Positions 24,706-33,914 of a stretch of DNA of 64,000 bases are shown piece after piece (the stretch's first letter is position 1; the number at the start of each line of letters is the position of its first letter). The notes under the pieces are model-generated. The model searched no databases, had not been told where the DNA came from, and worked only from the letters and a program-made list of their open reading frames with translations. Position numbers and translations under genes: made by a program. The stretch comes from Torpedo marmorata (Eukaryota). Where the stretch lies: positions 28,768,001 to 28,832,000 of the forward strand of contig OZ360223.1 of the NCBI GenBank assembly GCA_977017645.1. The letters run 5' to 3'.

Positions 24706-25583
24706 GATGGCGGCGCTGACGGAGCCGCTGTAGCGGCAGCGCTGCCGCTGGTGCGGACCCGCGAGGAGCGTGGGAGCGGAGATACAGTGCTCCCGCGGGG
24801 TCCAGCCGCCCAGTCGACTGCCGTCGGTTCCGCACGGGCTTTGAACGGCCCGTTAAAGGAGCCAACGGTGGTTTTATTTGAGATCCCGTGACCGCGGGGT
24901 CTGCGCCCAAGATGGCAGCGCCTATTAATCGGCAGCAGCCACGAGGGGTTGCAGACTCCGGGGAAGCGGGGAACTGGAGCAGGGCACCAGTGGACGGGAA
25001 GATCACCCCCGTCTGAGAAGGAGAAGCGGAGGAGACGACCCACGGGACGGTGAGCACAGCGGCGGACCGGTGAGGGGCTCTGAGGCTGAAGGAGCAGTGC
25101 ATGCGGCGGGCTGCTGGCGACTCGAGGCGAGGAACCCGCGGAGGCTGTGGGCTGCTGGAGACTGCTGTCGGGGGACTCACGACGGGCCGCGGACTGCTGG
25201 AGGTCGGCTCGAACTGGCTGGAGGAGTGCCAGGTATCGGAACCGGGATGTGAGGGGGTGCCGAGTGCGACCTGACCGTGTTGGAGGTTCGGATCTGGAGC
25301 TCGGGATGCCGATCGTTTGGACTGGACTCTGTGTGGCTGCGGAGGCTGCGGAAGCGCTGGAGGCGAATCTATGGACACTCGGTGACTTTGGGGGGACTGT
25401 CTTTTGCTTCTCTTTCTCTGACTGTAAGGAATGTTAGAGGCGCTTAGGCAATTTCTGCCGATGGCGAATCTGCCTGCCTTGCAGCAGGCAAAAAGAAATT
25501 TTGTGGTATATGACACTGTCTTATTGCTGTGACAATAAATTGAATCTTGAATCTTGAATCTTGAATCTTGAATCTTGAATCTT
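24706..25583 (+). mobile_element. GC-rich non-autonomous retroposon, full-length copy 2, about 880 bp, (GAATCTT)n tail
   Basis: Starts GATGGCGGCGCTG like copy 4; ends tgacaataaatt followed by about six GAATCTT units. Confidence 0.88.
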
Positions 25584-26074
25584 CAAGGAAACGACAAGCA
25601 TGTTTAGTGGAAAGCAGAAAAGTCAATGTTAATGCCATCTGGCTGGAAAGTGCCCAGACGGAATATGAGATGTTATTCCTCCAATTTGTGGGTAGTCTGG
25701 GTGGGATAGTACATGAGGCCATGGACAGACATGTGATTGTGGGAGTGTGACCCGGAATTGAAATGGTTGGCTACTGGGAGGTCGCTGTTGTTGCGGACGG
25801 AGAGGAGGTGCTCATAAAAGCGATCTACCAATCTACGACCGGTCTCTCCGATGTAGAGAAAGCCACAAACGGAGCACCGGATGCAGTAAATAAGTTCTCT
25901 GGATGTACAAGTGAAGTGAACAAAGTTCACAAAGTGAAGTTTGGATCAGATATTGCTGTCAATTCTGAGACAATAAAACAGTTGGGGCCACTCAAGCAGA
26001 TACTTAGCTCTGAATATTTGAAATATTTGAATTATCAAATAAAAATGGTTATCTATAATTTATTTTAAACTTAA

Positions 26075-26294
26075 TTTTTAAATTTAGACAAACAGCACGG
26101 TAATAAGCCTTTTCTGCCCACTAGCCCTTGCCCCCCAATGACACCCAATTGACCTACAACCCCCAGTATGTTTCGAACGGTGGGAGGAAACCAGAGCACC
26201 CGGAGGAAACCCACGCAGACACAGGGAGAACGTACAAACTCCTTACAGACAGCGCGGGATTCGAACCCCAGTCCCGATCGTTGAGCTAACCGTT
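26075..26294 (-). mobile_element. tRNA-derived V-SINE (HE1-like)
   Basis: Homologous to 5113-5365. Confidence 0.82.
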
Positions 26295-26894
26295 ATCCTT
26301 GCAGAAGCAGTAATTGCTGGTGTTCATAAGCATCACTTGACAATGCCAGGCTAAATCTCTCAGTTTACCACCAGGGGGAATTGCATACAAAGCTAAGAAC
26401 GAAAATCTACTCAGATTTGAATAATGATTTGGTGAAACAAGTTTATTGTTCATAAAAATGCAATAAAAATTTCAACATTTTCTTAGTAATTAAGGCTGCA
26501 GGATTTCCCCAGAGCAGCACCTGAGGGCTAAACACCTTTGGGTGCTTTCAAAATCAGAAAAGACTGGAGATATTCAGCAGGTCAGGCAACATTCATGGAA
26601 AGAGGAATGAATAGAGTTTACATTGTCGGTCTGAGTCCCGAATCAGAATAGGAAAGGGAGTTTTTAAAAATGTCATTTTAGTATGTAGCAAAGCTGGAAG
26701 TGAAAGTTTTAGAACAGAGGTGACACCAGGTCAAGTGGATTAATGCAGCAGTCATTATGCTTCCTTTCATCATGACGTTTGAAGTATTTGATATCGATTG
26801 CTCAATGTTCAATTCCATGTTCACTGCTCACCAAAGAAAGAAGCCCAAGCCTGCATGCAGCAAGATGGCCTGAAAAATGGCAAGAATATTTAAA

Positions 26895-29360
26895 CCATTA
26901 AGGTGCCAGGCAATAACTATTTCCAACAAGAGAGAGTCTACCCACCTAGCTTTCATATCACCAATAGCATTATCTTTCATAGAACATAGAAAATAGAATA
27001 TAGAACAATACAGCACAGTACAGGCCCTTCGGCCCTCGATGTTGTGCCAACCCATATATTCCTTCCTAAAAAAAAGTACTAACCCCTCCCTACCCCATAA
27101 CCCTCTATTTTTCTTTTACCCATGTGTCTGTCTAAGAGTCTCTTAAATGCCCCCCTTACCATCCCCGACAAGGCATTCCCGGCACCCACAACTCTCTGTG
27201 TAAAAAACTTACCCCTGGTGTCTCCCCTAAACTTCCCTCCCTTAACTTTGTACACATGTCCTCTGGTGTTTGCTGATCCTGCCCCGGGAAACAGGTGCTG
27301 GCTGTCCACCCTACCTATGCCTCTCATAATCTTGTAGACCTCTATCAAGTCTCCTCTCATCCTTCTTCGCTCCAAAGAGAAAAGTCCCAGCTCTGCTAAC
27401 CTTGCCTCATAAAACTTGTTTCCCAATCCAGGCAACATCCTGGTAAATCTCCTCTGCACCCTCTCCATAGCTTACACATCCTTCCTGTAATGAGGTGACC
27501 AGAACTGGTCTTACCAGAGATTTGTAGAGTTGCAACATGACTTCTCTGCTCCTGAATTCAATCCCCCTATTAATGAATCCCAACATCCCATAGGCCTTCT
27601 TAACTATCCTATCAACCTGTGCAGCGACCTTGAGGGGTGTATGGATTTGAACCCCAATCCACACTCTTAAGTAACCGACCATTAACCCTGTACTCAGCCT
27701 TCTGGTTTGTCCTTCCAAAATGCATCACCTCACACTTATCCGGATTGAACTCCATCTGCCACTTTTCTACCCAACTCTGCATCCTGTCTATATCCTCTTG
27801 TAACCTTCGACAACCTTCAGCTCCATCCACAACTCCTCCAACCTTCGTGTCATCCGCAAACTTACTGACCCATCCTTCCACCTCTTCATCCAGGTCATTT
27901 ATAAAAATCACAAAGAGCAGGGGTCCCAGAACAGATCCTTGCGGCACTCCACTAATCACTGACCTCCAGGCAGAATACTTTCCTTCCACTACTACTCTCT
28001 GCTTTCTTCCTACAAGCCAATTTTTTATCCACACAGCCAAGGTTCCACTGATCCCATGCCTCATGACTTTCTGGATGAGTCTCTCATGGGGGACCTTGTC
28101 AAATGCCTTGCTAAAATCCATGTAGACCACACCTACCGCCCTACCCTCATCAATTTCTTTTGTTACCTCCTCAAAAAAATTAATTAGACTCGTTAGGCAC
28201 GACCTTCCCTTCACAAAGCCATGCTGAATATCCTTGAGTAGACTGTACTTCTCCAAATGCTCATAGATCCTATCCTTAAGAATCCTCTCGAATAGTTTGC
28301 ACACCACTGACGTAAGACTCATCGGTCTATAATTCCCAGGATTCTCCCTATTACCTTTTTTAAACAAGGGAACTACATTTGCCATTCTCCAATCCTCCGG
28401 CACCTCCCCTGCGGCCAAAGAGGATTCAAAGATGATAACAACTGCCCCAGCTATCTCTTCTCTCACTTCCCACAGCAGCCTGGGGTATATCGCATCCGGC
28501 CCTGGGGATTTATCAATCTTGATGTTTTTAAGAAGATCCAACACGTCCACTTCCTTAATCTCCACATTGTCCAGCACACAGGCCTGTTCAATTTTGACCT
28601 CACCGTGATCAAGGTCCTTTTCTCTTGTGAATACTGACACAAAGATTTCATTTAGGACCTCCCCAACCTCCTCTGCCTCCAGGCACATGTTGCCTCCTTT
28701 AGCGGCCCCACCTTCATTCTCGTCATCCTTCTGTTCTTCACATACGCATAGAACGCCTTGGGGTTCTCCTTAATTCTACATGCCAAGGCCTTCTCATGCC
28801 CCCTTTGAGCTCTCCTAAGTCCCTTCTTAAGCTTCTTCCTGGCTACCATATACTTCTCATGAGCCCTTCCTGTTTGATATTGGAGGCATCACCATTGGAC
28901 CAGCTCATTGGACCAGCTACATAAACACTGTGGCTACATGAGGAGACCAGAGACAGCTTTCCTGCAGTAAGTGACAACAAGGAGCAATTCAGGATCATGA
29001 TTCAATACCCTCCACTCACCTGGATGAGGGCAACCCAACAACACTAAACAAATTCCACACCATCTGAGAAACCAATCTCTTGGTTGGTACCTCATCAACC
29101 ACCCTAAACATTTATTCCCAACTCCTCAATATCTCTTGTCAAGAAGGACAGGTACTTAAGAACATCACCACCTGCAGATTTCCCTCCAGGTCACATATCA
29201 TCCTGTCTTGGAAATATATTAGGTCTAAATTCTGTAACTCCTTCACCAATAACATTAGCAGAGTATCTTCAACGGTTCAAGAATATAGCTCACCAATTCC
29301 TTCCCAAGGGTGATTATGGGGGTCCAATAAATGTCGACTTTGCCATTGATGTTGCACCTT
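26895..29360 (+). mobile_element. Ancient CR1/L2-group LINE 3' remnant (pieces about 26895-26975 and 28875-29360) interrupted by a younger CR1
   Basis: Degenerate ccaacaagagagagtcta.., ggaccagctacataaacactgtggctac, caccacctgca..ttccctcc and caataaatg..ttgcca segments. Confidence 0.5.
26978..28872 (-). mobile_element. CR1 LINE, 5'-truncated ORF2 RT and 3'UTR with (TTCTAT)n-like tail
   Basis: ORF 27612-28688 (KSPGPD, YMDFSKAFDKVPH, GVPQGSVLGP, KFADDTK) plus adjacent frameshifted ORFs. Confidence 0.93.
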
Positions 29361-30310
29361 TGACAACACCTTTGACAAGTCAATATTCCTACAGCACTGC
29401 ACTAACAAGCATCAAACACCCAGTAGATTTCAGATTTATTGTCAGAGTACATACATGACATCACATACAACCCTAAGATTATTTTTCCTGCGGTTGAGGC
29501 AGAATTAAAAAAGGAAAAAGGAAAACCCAGTAAAGCAACAATTCAAATTTCAATCAAAATCTGCCTGTTGATAGCTTTAGAAACTATTCACAATTCAGAG
29601 GTAGGTGAACGTTAGCTGTGATAAACACAGAAACTTGAGTTTCAGTATTTTATTTACTTTGTTTTAGTATCTTAAGACCTGTAATGATTCAAGTATCTGC
29701 CCGAGAGTTATTCCTCTCCAACAACATAATTTATGTCCATTCAGGTGGAATTGATTTCCTATGTAAAATTGTAATGAGAAGTCTCATAATGGAATATTTC
29801 AGAGTACTTGAACTTACCAGGCCAGGTTGTTTAAGTTGCATTAAGTCTCTTATGTCTTAATCACAGCAACGATGACAAAAGTTGACTTACCAAACAGTTA
29901 ATGAAATGAAGCAAATTGATACTAGCATGAATGTACTTGTGTGTGAAAAGTGTGATGTCCACAAGCTCAACGGCTTATTGAAGAAATTCTAAACCAAGCA
30001 TTGGGACTTCAGCAGCTGCTAATGTGAAATGAAGTACCGTCATTTTTAATCATTATTTCATGTTTAGAGATAATTAAAAAACATAGCTTAATTTATTTAT
30101 GTAAATTTCTACTTTTGAAAAGTAAATATTGCACTGCTTAAATTCAGCATTATTGGATGGACCAAAGTTCCCCAAACTGAGTTTGCTGCTTCCCCTGGTG
30201 GTGGGAAAGATGGGCACATTTTATGAGTATTTTTCAACATTTTTCCTTTCTTGCCTTTGGTTGCATGTTTAAGATGCAAAGTGCCCTTCAAGTTTGTTTT
30301 TTTGTTTTTT

Positions 30311-30547
30311 TTAGACATACAGCATGGTAACAGGCCATTTCGGCCCACGAGTCCATGCCGCCCAATTTACACCCAATTAACCTACATCTAACGTTTCGAA
30401 CGGTGGGAGGAAACCAGAGCCCCCGGGGAAAACCCATGCAGACACGGGGAGAACGTACCAACTCTTTACAGACAGTGCGGGATTCGAACCCAAGTCCCGA
30501 TTGCTGGCGCTGTAAAGGCGTTGCACTAACCGCTACGCTAACCGTGT
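30311..30547 (-). mobile_element. tRNA-derived V-SINE (HE1-like)
   Basis: Homologous to 5113-5365. Confidence 0.82.
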
Positions 30548-30692
30548 AGTAATGTGGAATCTTGTTGTAGTAATGTGGAGTCTGTGTAGAGCAACCTCAG
30601 GACAGAAATCATCTTGTTCTAGGATACGACAGACAGAATTTTAGACTTTGTCTTTTTATCACACTGCATCAATATATACATCCCAGCAACAG

Positions 30693-32306
30693 ATTCCCTG
30701 AACTAGACAGCCTCAATTTTACGATGGGTTTCCAAACCCTTTATACCTCCATCCCCCATACTGAAGGTCTCAAAGCACTTTGCTTCTTTCTGGATCAGAG
30801 ACCTGACCAGTCACCCTCTACCACCACCCTCCTCCGCCTGGCAGAACTTGTCCTCACTTTAAATAACCTCCTTGGACTCATCTCACTTCCTCCAAATCGA
30901 AGGAGTAGCCATGGGTACCCGCATGGGTCGTAGCTATGCCTGCCTGTTTTGGGCTTTGTGGAGCAATCCATGCTGCAAGCCTACACAGGCAAGGCCCCTC
31001 AACTCTTTCTCCATTATATTGATGACTACTTCCACCCCGATCTCAAACTCACCTGATCCATCACCGACAACACTCTCCCCTTTCTGGATTTCTCTGTCTC
31101 CATCTCGGGAGACAAGCTTTCCACCGACATAAATTACAAACCCACCAATTCCCACAACTACCTTGACTACACTTCCTCACACCCTGTCTCCTGCAAGGAT
31201 TCTATTCCCTTCTCGCAATTTCTCCATCTCCGCCGCATCTGTTCCCAAGATGAGCTCTTCCAGTCCAGATAATTCAAAATGTCTCCCTTCTTCCACGAAT
31301 GTGGCTTCCCCTCCACCACCATCAACTCAGCCCTCACCCGCATCTCCTCCATTTCCCGCTCATCTGCCCTGTCCCCCTCAGCCCTCAGACGCAACAAACA
31401 TAGAATCCCCCTCATCCTCACCTACCACTCCACCAGCCTCCGCATCCAACACATTATCCGCCGGAATTTCCAGCACTTACTACAGGATCCCACCACAGAC
31501 ACATTTTTCCTTCTCCTCCCCTCTCTGCCTTCCATAGGGACCGCTCCCTCCGTGATTCCCTCGTACACTCATCCCTCCCAACCTATCACCCCCCCCCCCC
31601 CCGCCACCTTCCCCTGTGGCCGCAGGAGGTGCAACACTTGCCACACCACGGTCCGGGGCCCCAAACAGGCCTTTCAAGTGAAGCAACACTTCACGTATAT
31701 CCACAGGACTGATTTACTGCATCCAGTGCTCCCTTTGTGACCTTCTCTACATGGAGAGACCAGTCGCAAATTGGGAGATCGCTTCGCTGAGCACCTCCGC
31801 TCCCTCCGCTACAGTAACAGAGACCTCCCAGTAGCCAACCATTTCAGTTCTGTGTCACACTCCCACACTCACATGTCTGTCCATGGCCTTATGTACTATC
31901 CCACCAAGACCACACATAAATTGGAGGAACAACACCTGATTTTATGTCTGGGCACTCTCTAGCCAGATGGCATTAACATCGACCTCTCCAGTTTCTGCTA
32001 ACCTGATCTCCATTCTCCCTCCCTTCCCTTCCCTCTGTCTTCTTTCCCTCAGCTCTCCACCCCTTCCCTCTCTATTCACCTGGCCATCCCTCCTCCCCCT
32101 GCTTGCTGCTGTGCCCTCCCTCCCTTCTCCACCTATTACCTCCTGCCTTTGGGACCATGCTCCTCCCCCCACACTTCTCCCCCACCATTTTGTTCGGATG
32201 CCTGCTGACATGTTTCCATACCTTGATGAAGGGCTCAAGCCCGAACCATCAGTTATGTATTTTTATCTTTGCTATATAAAGGAGTTTCTCCAGCATTGTG
32301 TTTTCA
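30693..32306 (+). mobile_element. Penelope-like element, 5'-truncated and degenerate
   Basis: Homologous to 17000-18700 (LYTSIPH, GVAMGTRMG, PVANHF) with a pLTR at the 3' end. Confidence 0.9.
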
Positions 32307-33628
32307 CTCCCAGCAATTCATGCTTAAAACAAGAATAATGCTGTATTGCATGGGTTGGAATGGTTGGAGACTTTGCTTATTAAACCTTGTTTTTGTTCAT
32401 TAGAGATGGAGAATAGTTTCACTTCCTATCAAACGGAATATGAGAGTATGAAATGGCTTGCACAATATCCACAATATTGTTCATTCCAACCACAATGTCC
32501 CAATAATTCTGCATGTCTGATTATGTTTCAGCAGCTGGAATGACAGCGTGGGTTGCACTAAAGCTGAGAAGTAACGTCAGGGTTTACGAGTTGTAACTGA
32601 CACCGAAAATACGTTTTTCAATAAATTGAAACCATCCTAAAACATTAAGACTAATCCACAACACAGTTTAAAAAATCGCTGATATCAATTGTCTTGCACA
32701 AAAACTGCATTCTTTGTTCTTATTGAAATGTATGGCCTGTTGCAACCTCAGCTACTAGCTCTTATGTGTACCCAGACTGCCCTGCTTGTGGAGGTCAAGG
32801 TCACAATCATCCTCAGCTTCCAAATCTTTGGATCATTTCAAGCTGCAGCTGTAGCTTTAGCGCTGCCGCTGGTGCGGACCCGCGAGGAGCAAGGGAGCAG
32901 AGATACAGCGCTCCCGCGGGGTCCAGCCGCCCAGTTGACTGCCGTCGGTTCCGCACAGGCTTTGAACGGCCCGTTAAAGGAGCCGACTGTGGTTTTATTT
33001 GAGATCCCGCGACCGCGGGGTCTGCGCCCAAGATGGCAGCGCCTTTTATTCGGCAGCAGCCATGAGGGGCTGCAGACTCCAGGGAAGCGGGGGACTGGAG
33101 CAGGGCACCAGAGGATGGGAAGATCACCCCCCCGTCTGAGAAGGAGAAGCGGAGGAGACGACCCACGGGACGGTGAGCACAGCGGCGGACCGGTGAGGGG
33201 CTCTGAGGCTGAAGGACGAGTGCATGCGGCGGGCTGCTGGCAACTCGAGGCGAGGAACCCGCGGAGGCTGTGGGCTGCTGGAGACTGCTGTCGGGGGACT
33301 AACGACGGGCTGCGGACTGCTGGAGGTTGGCTCGAACTGGCTGGAGGAGTACCAGGTATCGGAACCGGGATGTGAGGGGGTGCCGAGGGCGACATGACCG
33401 TGTTGGAGGTTCGGATCTGGAGCTCGGGATGCCGATCGTTTGGACTGGACTCTGTGTGGCTGCGGAAGCGCTGGAGGCGAATCTATGGACACTCGGTGAC
33501 TCTGGGGGGACTCTCTTTTGCTTCTCTTTCTCTGACTGTAAGGAATGTTAGAGGCGCTTAGGCAATTTCTGCCGATGGCGAATCTGTCTGCCTTGCAGCA
33601 GGCAAAAAGAAATTTCGTGGTATATGAC

Positions 33629-33880
33629 TGTGGTAAACCACTTTTAGTATGTATTGTGGCCTGAGGCAGGTATGACCATGACCTGTCTGTCTGTCCCGGT
33701 GACCCCTCCCCCTTTACATGGAATAAAGGCATTGAGCCAGCAACTCCTCCCCCAGTTCCGGGACAATCCAGCAGGGATCATCAGGTCAAGGTGTAGCTTA
33801 GCCCTGGCTTTGATTCTGGTAATAAAAGCCTATTAATTCCTGCACTTCTAGACTCGCGTCTGTCATTGATAGGTATATCA
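33629..33880 (+). repeat. 5' LTR of Gypsy A
   Basis: Direct repeat of 38173-38424; no differences seen by eye. Confidence 0.96.
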
Positions 33881-33914
33881 ATTTTATTACCAGTTTCAAG
33901 AAAATCCGAATCCG

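Larger units (their letters stand above)
23498..25920 (-). mobile_element. Penelope-like element 3' part (GIY-YIG and pLTR), split by a solo LTR and a GC-rich retroposon
   Basis: ORF 25673-25930 (LIYCIRC..YIGETGRRL..PVANHFN); pLTR pieces at 23498-23588 and 24486-24705. Confidence 0.85.

Noticed and set aside
24467-25516. Long Pro/Ser/Arg-rich ORFs (349 aa here, 249 aa at 40787-41536, 228 aa at 32689-33375)
   Set aside because: They arise from the stop-poor GC-rich repeat; frames and ends differ between copies and there are no recognisable domains.
25541-25583. (GAATCTT)n as a telomere-like or satellite repeat
   Set aside because: It always follows the same AATAAA-containing 3' end, so it is a retroposon tail.
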